In this document: positions 12,703 to 23,900 of the stretch, in pieces
Position numbering within the stretch: position 1 is the first letter of the stretch
How the letters are laid out: every line of letters starts with the position of its first letter
DNA from: Catajapyx aquilonaris
Taxonomy: Eukaryota
Assembly: GCA_000934665.2 (NCBI GenBank)
Contig: JYFJ02000031.1
Coordinates: 124,001 to 188,000 of the forward strand
Direction of reading: 5' to 3'
Length of the DNA stretch: 64,000 nucleotides
Notes under the pieces: generated by a model
Seen by the model: only the letters and a program-made list of their open reading frames with translations
What the model was told of the DNA's origin: nothing
Database searches by the model: none
Translations under genes and position numbers: made by a program

Positions 12703-13143
12703 AGGGGTTGGGCAAAATAACAGGGCCCCTGCAAAAAGCCGGTGAATTGTCTCCACCATTTTACTCAAAAACTGGAAAAGTTACAGAGATGGCTCTTACT
12801 GATTTTTGAAGTTCTATCGATGTGCATTTGCAGATATGAATATGACGCAAAAATTACAAGAGGAGGGGGAGAAACAAAAGACTAACGACACCCCCCCCTC
12901 CCCTCCCCAGTAAATGTTCATATCTGCAACTATTTTCAAAAATGGGGTCTGGGTGGATGTCTTTATTATTTTTTTCTCCCCCTACTCTTGTGATTTTTGT
13001 GTCATCTTCATGTCTGTAAATGTACATCGACATAGTTTCAAAAATCAGTAAAGGTCATCTCTGTAACCTATCCAGTTTTTGATAAAAATGGAGGAGAAAA
13101 TTCACCTGCTTTTTGCAGGGGCCCCCCGTTATTTATCCCACTC
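12703..13143. mobile_element. Foldback MITE with ~170-bp imperfect inverted arms
   Basis: The left arm GGGCAAAATAACAGGGCCCCTGCAAAAAGC... pairs with the right arm ...GCTTTTTGCAGGGGCCCCCCGTTATTTATCCC. The element is absent at the paralogous site (~16870-16890). Confidence 0.8.
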
Positions 13144-13369
13144 TTATCCTTCTATGACAATAGTGCTTTTCCTTTGGTTTTTAAAGCGTCATTCTGGGGA
13201 AGATCATATCACGCCAGAACTCAGGTGACACAGTAAAATGTGATAAATTCTGTGCTGTTGTTGCTCCAGGTAAAATCACGAAAACTACCTTTCACAGTTG
13301 AATTAAGCAACTGCAAATTGTAGGTCACCAATTTAAAGCTCACACAATCATGACTGGGTATGGGCCTCG

Positions 13370-15184
13370 TTAGAAGGAGTCAAGTTGCTCTGACGACTGT
13401 CTCCTGCTGGGTGGCAGCCTCTCGACATTACTCTGACTGTGAGTGGCGGGTGCCTCCTCTACTGTTTGAGCCGTAGGTGGTCTGCGCCTCTGCGTGTAAC
13501 CTCCGCCCTCCTTGGGAACGAAAGGGAAAGGAGTCTGGTCCCTGGACATTCCGTCGTTGATGGACTCCCCTGAGGAGACGCTGATTGGGCTGGTCAGCTT
13601 GGTGTTTCCCCCGCCTGTGAACTGATTCTTGAAGGAGCTCAGGTTTGTGTTGAGTTCTGCACTCCCATCCGATATGGACCCATTTGCTTTCACCTGAAAA
13701 TCATGCACAGTGCCACCTTTAAAATGTTTGGTGGTTTTTCTACCTCTCAGATTAACTAATGAATATTTTGAAATTTAACTGAGGCCAGGTTGCATGACTC
13801 AAGATATTTGATCTTTTGATCTTACCATTTTAAAATTGTTGTTAATTGTTTTCAACAATGAATATTACATCCATTATCCATTTTTATATCACGATCAGTT
13901 ATGTAACTTGGCCTAAATATGACAGCAAGTAGTCTCATGAATATGTGAATAACGTTTGCATCATAAATTTTTTTCATGACGTGTTATTATAATTCAGATG
14001 TGCAAGCTGTAGCAAAAGTGTTGCAACAGCTGGACCTTTTGTATGTAAGTCTGTTATCATATTTTTATCAAGGCTAGTTAAAAAAAAAAAAGTAACTGCA
14101 GCCAAGGTGTAACAGCTGCAATTGCCCAATATTGTCTTTATCTCTATGGCCATCAACTTTACAATAGGATCAGCCATCCTGGATAAAACGCACTAAGTAA
14201 ATAACATAATAATTTTTTCTAAATTTTTGATTACTAGCCATCCCTTAACCCACCCAAAGAGTGACACATAAAATATTACAGTGAAAATTACCTGGTAGAC
14301 AGCGCAAAATGGATCGTATCCATCCTTGATAGTGAATCGAAGGTGACAGGCAGTAATCTGCTCTGTTGACAAAGTGTCATCTTGCGCCCGACCTGTCTCA
14401 CTCTCCAACTCCTTCTCAACCACCTCCTCAAACGTACCAGGCTTGACCGTAGTGCATCGCTCAACCAGTATGGTTTTAACTGAAGAGACAAAGACCTGTG
14501 ACTCAACCTACTTAATAATAACAAACAACCGTACCATTGTAACATCTGATCTTAATGGAGTCGATGTTGGCCGGTGCAGTCAGCGATATGACAAACTGTT
14601 CTGGAAACAATCCACCAGATGCCCAGAATGAGTTGTACACCCTGAAAGCCCAATTTCGGTGTTAATTGCCAACATTTACATATCTTATTAGTTATTACAT
14701 TAAGGTAGCAGACTTCAAGCTCAAATTAGCCTGCATATGAGACGACCTTGATACTATAGTGTACGATGGACTTCAAGGCATGGGGTTATTCACGTACATT
14801 TTTTTGTGTACACAGACTAACCGGACAACTCGGGTAGTCCAGAGTGGGCTACCCCTGACTACCTACGAAGGTGTAGACCTAACGGACTACCCTTAGTGAA
14901 CAACCCCTTGCTTCATGGACTTTGACCGGACTTCAGGGTGGGTGTATCATGTACGAAGGACTTCATAAGTGTCTAACCCCTTGGAGGACCTCTCTTGGAG
15001 GCTAATTCCAGCTTCAGGTCTGCTACCTTCCTGTAATAAGTGACTGCACATTATTCCAAACTGACCCGTCAATGATGTTGGTCGCAGGATACTTGACATG
15101 GTTGGTTGTGGCCATGGTGATCCTGGCCCCGCACGTCTCCTTCGCCAGATCTATTATGTCCCGCTGCATGTTCCTGTCCGACAT
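13370..15184 (-). CDS. IFT25: Intraflagellar transport protein 25 (HSPB11), copy A, with a C-terminal extension
   Basis: Exons ~15184-15066, 14641-14535, 14479-14292, 13693-13370: IDLAKETCGARITMATTNHVKYPATNIIDGVYNSFWASGGLFPEQFVISL..IKIRCYNVKTILVER..FEEVVEKEL..HLRFTIKDGYDPFCAVYQVKANG. This matches the IFT25 pattern NIIDG..FW..G.FP..F..LRF.I....D.F..V..V.A.G. Confidence 0.9.
14701..15029. mobile_element. MITE-like element in IFT25-A intron 1
   Basis: Ends TAAGGTAGCAGACTTCAAGCTCAAATTAGCCT ... AGGCTAATTCCAGCTTCAGGTCTGCTACCTT. Confidence 0.7.
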
Positions 15185-15476
15185 TTGCAAACTCTTCCTG
15201 CTGCTTGTAGGACGGACCCTATATAATATCGATCAGCCGCCCCTGCATATCAGCTAGTACATCAGTACCGCCATGATTTGAACTCAACTTACTTCTCATT
15301 ACTCCCGCTACCCATTGCGCTCCTGGCACCACCCTTCGCCCTCGGTACGTCGTCCATGGGTCTGGAAATCAACTCCGATTCACCCGTTCAGACGTCGTGT
15401 TCGAATGTTTAGAACACACGGTTTGGAACGGGCAGTGTTGCCAAAGGCTTGATCTGTCAACACTGTTTTTTCAAAG

Positions 15477-16690
15477 ATGGCCGGGCAGGACGGCGACGAT
15501 CTTGGGCTTGTCCGGCTGATGGAGACTATCCGTACAGCTAGGATGCGTTTGGCTCAGATGGTTTCCCTTCATCATCTTCACGGGGGTGTGCAGGGCAGAC
15601 CCAGCACCAGTACTGAGGAGGAGGAGGAGGAGCCCATCAAGAAGGTCGGGGTGCAGCCACTGTACCAGCTGGCAATGGACTGCGTGGCGGTCAATCTGGA
15701 CTTGCTGGACAGCCTCGTTGGGTTCCCCGTGTTCATTGGGGCACCGCTGTTTGAGCGGGCGGTGAAGCTTAGGGCCTTCAGGGAGACTGCGCCGGTCCAG
15801 GTGGCTCGACAAGTCAAGAAGTTTCAGGACGCGTATCCCGCTTTGCTTCTGACGTCCTGCAAGATCAGTTACAGCCCAAGTCTTAACAACCAAGTGATGG
15901 CCATACAAATCCTGTTTCAAACCGTCACACGATTAGACTTGAGCGGGATGTACCCGCTGATCACCACTTGCGCTGCCGACCTGATACGGCAAATGCCGGT
16001 GTTGAAGGAGCTGAACCTGACCAACTGCGGGTTGGACAACGAGACGCTGGACCAACTGACACTTCCAGGGCCCATCAGGCACAATCTCATCTGGATCAAC
16101 CTGGCAGGTATTCATTGCTGTTCATGTCACAAGTTCCAGTACTCCCAATGCAATTTTTAATATTTTGCAGACAATCCAATGTTGGGTCCAAAATCTGGTC
16201 ATTCCCTACTCAAGCTGATGGCTTTGGAAGAGTTGGTGCTCACAGACATGCTTGATCTGGTGAGTGCATAGCTTCATCCTTGCTACACTGCCATTGACTA
16301 TCTATTTACACTTGCAGAAAAGCACTGTTGTGATGTTGCAGTCGAAAGGTTTTGACACTGTGACTTCACCTCAGTCGAGAGACCCTATCGTCTCGTCCGG
16401 ATTGGCTGCTCCCATGCTTGGGGAATGGGAAGTTGAGGGAAAGGCACCCCCATCATGCAAACTGTTCTGTAAGCACTGCATAATACGCAAGCAGAGAAAT
16501 CTCCCATGCATTGTTCTGTACCGCCACCAATAGTTTAATACAACAACTGACCATTTCAGATTTTCCAGATCATCCTGTTACTATCAGCCGAATCATTACC
16601 CTTGCCAAAGTCCAACAAGCTGTTGCCCCTCCTGACAAACCACCACTACAAGCACCTCCCAACCTCGACCTTCTGAAACACTACATGTAA
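15477..16690 (+). CDS. LRRC42: Leucine-rich repeat protein 42-like, copy A
   Basis: Exons 15477-16107, 16171-16259, 16318-16468, 16560-16690 are in frame. Motifs LYQLAMDCVAVNLDLLDSLVGFP..LF..KFQDAY, LRR units, GLAAPML.EW and terminal DLLKHYM* resemble LRRC42 (N.D..DSL.GFP...KF.EAY...DLLNSY). Confidence 0.82.
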
Positions 16691-17123
16691 GTGCCTTTTT
16701 CTCCCATATTTTGACGCATTTTGTACGCATTTCTAAATGTTTTAAAAGCAAGATCATGTTATAATTATTTATTTTTATGTTACAAGTGAAGTCACCATTA
16801 TTTGGATGGAATAGTGTTATTTGTGACAGTGAAAATAAAGTATATGTTACAGTAGTGAATTTTTCATTACAAATTATCGCACCACTTGTATCCTTCTATC
16901 AAAATAAGTGCATTTCCTTTGGCTTTTACGCATCATTCTTGGGGAGATGATAGCAAGTAGGACCTTGAGTAACACAAAATACTATGTGCAAAGTTCTTTG
17001 CTGTTGTTGCTTCAGATAAAATGATGAAAACTGATACCTTACACTGTTGAAGTAAGCAACTGTTTCACGTCTGCAAATTATGGATCGCCAATTTAAAAGC
17101 TCGTGCAATCATGACTGGCCTCG

Positions 17124-18656
17124 TTAAAAGGAGTCAAGTTGCTCTGACGACTGTCCCCTGCTGGGTGGCAGCCTCTCGACATTACTCTGCGAGACAGGTG
17201 CCTCCTCTACCGTTTGAGCCGTAGGTGGTCTGCGCCTTTGCATGTAACCTCCACCGTCCTTGGGAACAAAAGGGAAAGGCGTCTGGTGCCTGGACATTCC
17301 GTCGTTGATGGACTCCTCTGAGGAGACGCTGACAGGACTGGTCAGTTTGGTGTTTCCCCCGCCTGTGAACTGATTCTTGAAGGAGCTCAGGTTAGTGTTG
17401 AGTTCTGCACTCCCATCCGATATGGATCCATTTGCTTTCACCTGAAAATCACACACACTGTCATCCATAAAAATCAACTGTCCATAGGATCAGCCATCAC
17501 GAATAAAATGTACTAATTAAGTAAATAAGGTAATAATTTTACCCAATTTTTCATTACTTCCTGGCCTTGAACCCCACCCGAAGAATGACACAAAATATTA
17601 CAGTGAAAATTACCTGGTAAACAGCACAAAATGGATCGTATCCATCCTTGATAGTGAATCGAAGGTGACAGGCAGTAATCTGCTCGGTTGACAAAGTGTC
17701 ATCTTGTGCCCGACCTGTCTCACTCTCCAACTCCTTCTCAACCACCTCCTCAAATGTACCAGGCTTGACCGTAGTGCATCGCTCAACCAGTATGGTTTTA
17801 ACTGAAAAAATCAAGACCTGTGATCCGATCCCCACGAGTCAAATAACAACACTCTTGATAACAACCATGACGTACTATTGTAACATCTTATCTTAATGGA
17901 GTCGATGTTGGCCGGTGCAGTCAGTGATATGACAAACTGCTCCGGAAACAATCCACCAGACGCCCAGAATGAGTTGTACACACTGAAAGCCCAATTGCCA
18001 TGTTAATCTCCAACCTCTTATCACATATGTCACGATTAAAGTATAAGGTAGCAGACCTCAAGCTCAGATTAGCCTCCAAGATATGTGGGTCAGTTGGAGA
18101 ATAATTTCATCTTCAGGTCTGCTACCTTACTCCTAAAGTGAGTTTAAGGAGTAAGGTAGCAGACCGGATGGACAAATTAGCCTCAAAGCGGAGCATCTGT
18201 CTTGGAGGCTATTTTGAGCTTCGTAGGTTTTCTACCGTCGTACACTTTTAAGTAACTTTTAAAAGTCATTTAAAGGTGTACGATGGTAGCAAACCTGAAG
18301 CTCAAAATAGCCTCCAAGGCAAGAGAAGGAAGAGGGGAGGCTAATTGCAGCTTCAGGCCTGCCACCTAACTCCTGTGAGTGAGCTTCAGGTCTGCTCCCC
18401 TATTCCGTGACCTTCAAAGTAACTTAAAGGAGTAAGGTAGCAGACCAGACCTGAAGCTGAAATTAGCCTCTGCGATGAGCACCTGTCTAGGAGGCTAATT
18501 TAAGCTGCAGGTCTGACACCTGCACATTCCAGCTGACCCGTCAATGATGTTGGTCGCAGGATACTTGACATGGTTGGTGGTGGCCATGGTGATCCTGGCC
18601 CCGAACGTCTCCTTCGCCAAGTCCGTCATGTCCCGCTGCATGTTCCTGTCCGACAT
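17124..18656 (-). CDS. IFT25: Intraflagellar transport protein 25 (HSPB11), copy B
   Basis: Same 4-exon structure as copy A (~18656-18538, 17982-17876, 17801-17614, 17441-17124); open frame, near-identical core. Confidence 0.9.
18045..18520. repeat. Array of ~4 hairpin units with shared ~35-bp arms and variable loops, in IFT25-B intron 1
   Basis: Repeated AAGGTAGCAGACCTGAAGCTNAAATTAGCCTCCAAG followed by its reverse complement, at ~18045-18130, 18152-18238, 18286-18368 and 18434-18520. Confidence 0.8.
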
Positions 18657-18912
18657 TTGCAAATCCCTCCTGCTGCTTCGACGGACCCTATATCGATCCG
18701 ACGATCCCTAATAATGATTCTCTGCAGCTGTACTACTACTGTACCGCCAACATTTGAACCACAAGGGGGTTGGCTGGCTACTTCCCATTCTTCCCGCTGC
18801 CCACCGCTGCTGTCAGCATCACAGGTCCAGACAGACGTGTTCGAAGTTCGAACCGGTTTGGAACAGGCTTTTTGGAACACGCATGGATCTGGCAACACTG
18901 TGCATTTCAAAG

Positions 18913-20464
18913 ATGGCCGGGCACAACGATCGAGGTTTTGCCGGAATCTTTGAACAGCATATGCGTAGGATGCGTGGGGCAGCGATGCGGGGTCGTGGGG
19001 CCGAGTTCCGCATGTCTGCTGGACCTGGACCGGATGGCTTCCCCGACTGGCAGAACAACTTCCTGGACAGGGCCAGCACCAGCACAGGGCAGGTGGCAGA
19101 GGAGCCCAAGAAGGGGCCGGAGTCGCTCTACCAGCTGGCCATGGACTGCGTGGCTCTCAATCTGGACTTGCTGGACAGCCTCGTTGGGTTCCCAGAGTTG
19201 ATTGGAGGGCCGCTGTTTGAACGGGCGGTGAAGCTTCAGGCCTTCAGGAAGCCTGCGCCGGTGCAGGTGGCTGAACAACTGGAGAAGTTTCAGGATGCGT
19301 ATCCCGCTTTGCTTCTGACGTCCTGCAAGATCGGTTTCAACCCAAGTCTTACCAAGCACATGATGGCCATACAAATCCTGTTTCAAACCGTCACACGGTT
19401 GGACTTGAGCGGGATGTACCCACTGATCACCACAGGCGCAGCCAATTTGATACGGCAAATGCCCGTGTTGAAGGAGCTGGACCTGACCAACTGCGGATTG
19501 GACGAAGAGACGCTGAAGCAACTGACGCTTCCAGGGCCCATCAGGCACAATCTCATCTGGATCAACCTGGCAGGTATTCATCATTAAGCCACATTTGCAT
19601 CTAAAGCGGCGCGTTTACATGTGAGCAATTTGACAAGCCATGTTGTTGCCGAGCGAAGTAACCAATTGATTTTCGCCTCCCAACAATACAGGTTACTTAG
19701 GCGATGCACCGCTTGGCAATGACATCGCATGATCAAATCCCTCACATGTAAACACAGCCTTGTTTGTGTGACGATCTCCAATACTCTGATGCAATTTTAT
19801 AATTTTGCAGAAAATGGAGCTTTGGGTCCAAAATGTGTCCGTTCACTATTCAAGCTGATGGCTATGGAAGAGTTGGTGCTCCCAGCCGTGGCTGAGATGG
19901 TGAGCATGTAATTTCATCCTCACTACAATGCAGCTTATTGGTCTTTTACACTTGCAGAAAAGTGTTGTCATGACGTTGCAGTCAAAAGGTTTTGACACTG
20001 TGACTTCACCTCCGTCGAGAGACCCCATAGTGTCATCCGGATTGGCTGCCCCAATGCTTGAGGAGTGGGAAGCTGCTGAAAAGACATCCCCATCGTGCAG
20101 ACTGTTCTGTAAGCACTACCTGACATGCTGTATACCTAAAGTCAGTTAAACCAAAGAATGATCTGACGTCACATTCAGCCAGGGCTCTTCCCTCCTACCA
20201 TATCCCCGAAACGCTCTGCAAGAGGACTTCTGGGCATGCTGAGAAAACACTGCCAGTGTGACGTCAGATCATTCTTTTTGCCTAAAGGACTGGGCCTCAA
20301 CCAATAGTTTAATATTACAACCGAAAATTTCAGATTCCCCTGCTCCAGCCACTACCAAACGAACCATTACTCTTGTTAAAGTCCAACGAGCTGCTGCCCC
20401 TCCCAACAAACCACCACCACCACCACCCCCCCCAAACCTTGACCTTCTGAAAGACTACATGTAA
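18913..20464 (+). CDS. LRRC42: Leucine-rich repeat protein 42-like, copy B
   Basis: Exons 18913-19573, 19811-19899, 19958-20108, 20334-20464; PESLYQLAMDCVALNLDLLDSLVGFPELIG..; ends PPPNLDLLKDYM*. Confidence 0.85.
19604..19760. mobile_element. Palindromic MITE, family TTTACATGTGAGCGATTTGA (PIF/Harbinger-like)
   Basis: GCGTTTACATGTGAGCAATTTGA ... TCAAATCCCTCACATGTAAACAC; absent from the equivalent intron of LRRC42-A. Confidence 0.75.
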
Positions 20465-20914
20465 GTGCCTTTTTCTCCCATATTTTTATTGTCACTGTTT
20501 CTAACAATCAGACAAGCAGGGCAGCCCAGCACTTGGGCTCCTATATAAACCTCTTATGTTAACGGTCCCATTTACATATAGCTGCATCGAATAAGGGAAT
20601 CAGGTGAACTGGGGAAGATCAATGTACACGAGCAATTGGGGGGAGGGGGGGCCTACACATATGACTACGATGGAGATTGGGGCGGTGGGTAGGAGTCATG
20701 CAACGATTACTGTGGACGACAATGTAGACATGTACACATGGTACAAAAAACTTTGAAACTCCACGGGAAAGGGACATAAAGGAAAGGACGTGACCGTGGG
20801 ATGGGAATTTGATACCCACTAAAAAAACAATTGTAATAAAAAAGACGAGCCATTGGCAGCTTGGAAGTGCAGCACAGCACCCACGGGATCCATCAGAAAG
20901 CCACGCCTCTGGTT

Positions 20915-23900
20915 TCAGCGCCTCACAGGCGAGTGCGACCTGTCAGAGAGGGAGACACAAAAGTAGAGGCTAAAGCATGTGGTCATGTGAGCATTCATAA
21001 ACGATTTGATTCACACACACCGCGCTTCCATCCTGAATGAGCTCTCGGAAGAGCATCTCAAACAACATTCACACGTACACTTGGACATTGAAACATAAGG
21101 ATAAAGCAGCAAACAAGAAATCCTGCCCGCTACCCCACCTTTCCCAAAACCCTGTATAACCCATCCCAGCCCTCCCAAAGACTACTCTGCGTGTCCACCC
21201 CAAACCTGGACCTCGACCGGCTGCGTGAGCGTGACCTCCGCTGGTGCAACGAAGATGACGACGATGTGCTGTGCCGGCGTCCAGAATCTTTTGAATGCTT
21301 GTTATTTGATGATCTGTTGATAAATAAAGTTAAAATGAGATCAGTAACTTTTACATCAGTGTTATCAATAAGAGCAAAAACATTCCCTTCAGTGAAAAAA
21401 AAGGGTAGTAACACCTCCGCGGCGGCGGCGCAGGGGTATTTTTCGCGCCTACTCATTTTTTTGTCACTCCGCTTGCTTGACAAAAAATTATTGGTATGTA
21501 CCCTTGGCACCACTGAACAATGCAGTACATAAGCACATGGCATGAATTACGTCACAGGCCAGCAAGGTGAGTTATACAGGGTGGTCCAACATCAAGTGCC
21601 GTTTTATAACGGCGATTAATAGCAGTGATTGTGCGATGACGTAGCAGCGACACGTAAAATGTCCCACTTCGGCGCAACTCCGGCGCCATTGAAGTGGGCA
21701 ATTTTACACGTCGCTGCTATGTCAATCGTAAAGCGCTTCTATTAATAGCCATTATAAAACGACACTTGATGTTGGACCACCCTGTATTGATCAACACACA
21801 ACCCCTCACGAATGTAAACAATCCCTACAGCCACAGCTGTTTAAAAAGCGTGGGAGACTTGCGCCTTCCAGCCACACGGAGGCCGGCGTTGAAGTGCGCA
21901 GCCTCCCGCCAGCCGCTAACTGGCATTTACGAACATTATTTATTTATTTTAAAACTATTGAATCATCTTTTGCACTAATTTTAGGGTGGAATCTCTTGAG
22001 GAGGTTTGGGGGCAACTGTGTATGCCAAAAACTCGCCAGTCAAGGTCGATTTTTTTTTTTTTTTTGTAGTTTTATTTTTTCAGCGGCCACAAAAAGATGA
22101 TTTCATTCAAGTTAATCTGGTTAATCCGGTTTATTTATGCACGATTTCGTAGTCCAAAATTCGCGATTTTTTACGCGAGAGAACATTTAAAAAGCCACCC
22201 AGAAACTATGTTACATAGTGGGAAAACGCCATAGTTTCGCCAGCAGAATTTTTTAAAGCCACTGTCACAGCAGACCAAATTTTTCAGCTAGCAATGATAT
22301 CACAATTTGGTACACATAATTCAAATCTTTCTCCAACATAAAGGAAAGCCCTCACAATTTTACATTATTGAATGAAAAAAATATGTCAGAAGACATTTCA
22401 CTTGGTTGCAATTTTAGGCTGACGACCGCTTCCCTTCCAGAACCAAAAATGCACTGGCATAGTCATTCAGTATGCAACAATTCAGTGTCTTTGTGCGTTA
22501 GAACCAAATAATTCAGGTATTTTTCCCTGGGACGTCCTGGGCACTTGCCTGGAGTGCGAACTGTGAGACTTCCTCCTGTCCTTGTCCTTGGAACGAGACC
22601 TAGACCTGGATCGAGAGCGTGAGTGGGAGCGGGAATTCTTCTTGTGCCCGCTGCTGCTGCTGCTGCTGCTCCCGCTGCCACTTCCGTCACCCTTCGACTT
22701 GCTGGCTGGCTTGGCATCTTCATCGGAGTCACCCCAACCACTCAGATCATACTTCGAGAGGTCCCCATCATCTTCATCGTCATCATCCTGGGAAACAAGC
22801 ATGGGGTCAGTAGGCTGGCAACTCTAAAAACAGGCATGTAGCACACACCTCTTCTTCTTCTTCGTCTTCTTTATCTACAACTTTCTTCGGAGCTTCAGGT
22901 GGTGGGACAACTGGAGCAGGTGGGGCCACAGGTGCCTCCACTGCCTTCAGTACTGGCGCAGAAGGCGCCTCTTCATCACTGGAATCCCCTTTAACAGCAC
23001 TGGCTCGGAACTTCTTCTTCTTGCGACCAAACTATACAAACGAATAGTCCTCAGTACATTGCGCATTGTCAGTATGACTTGATCTAAGTTATGAGTGTGT
23101 CAAATAAACAACAATAATACTTGTCCCACAACACTTTGGACCAACTGACATGGAAGTACCTCATCATACTCGTCATCGGATTCCTCGCGCTCTATGTATT
23201 CAACCACTCCACGGTCATTGTATCCTCCTCCATATCCAGTCCTTTCTTCTACTTCACCATACTTGGGGGCATTGCACATGTTGCATTGCTGCCTGCGTGC
23301 CCAGTTCACATTGCCGCACCTAGATGGAATAAAAATAGGATCAACACGGCTCTTGCTATTTGTAGTTTATTGCCTAGAACTATGCATTAGTCTCGTTAAC
23401 CCATGCCAAGCTGTCAACATCACATGACAACAGAAACCTGATCCACAGAGTACAAATCTATCAGTGCCTTAGAAGGAACCCACAAATAATCTGCTTCCTC
23501 TTACTATCAGTAAGGTGATGGAAACTACTGCACGTGATATGACTCTGAAGCTGATAGCACTTTGACAAAGCTGTTGCAGACACTTAAAGGCTGGACATGA
23601 TTCAACAAACATGTCTTCAGTTTATGATGATTATTATTGTGCAGAATTTCCAAAGTAAACAGCCTTCAAGTCCAACTCATGAAAGAGCAAGCCACTGCTT
23701 ACGACTACAAGATAAATGTAGGTTCCCCCCATCCTAGCTCTCAACGCACTTGCTACACTGCCAATCGTCTGCGCTGAACAGTCCTCGGCTCTTCTCCGCA
23801 GCTGCCTTCCCAATCTCGACCCCCAGCTTCTTCTTCTTGGGCGACTCTCCTTTCTCTGCAATGAGCCAAAGAGAACCACAAAAAACCAGCACAATCACAC

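Larger units (their letters stand above)
12547..20484. repeat. Tandem segmental duplication: unit 1 ~12547-16710, unit 2 ~16711-20484
   Basis: Collinear homology across a 3' UTR segment, an IFT25 gene and an LRRC42 gene in both units. Junction is CTCCCATATT|TTGACGC at 16710/16711. Confidence 0.92.

Noticed and set aside
18045..18520. Repeat/variable-loop array superficially like CRISPR
   Set aside because: Eukaryotic intron; the repeats alternate in orientation as hairpin arms, spacing is irregular and there are no cas genes.
18907..19584. 225-aa minus-strand ORF (and its counterpart at 15471-15920)
   Set aside because: Antisense shadow of GC3-rich LRRC42 exon 1.
12547..20484. Duplication as a haplotype assembly artefact
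   Set aside because: Introns, promoters, N-termini and MITE content differ too much for typical alleles and the junction is a clean chimera; not formally excluded without reads.
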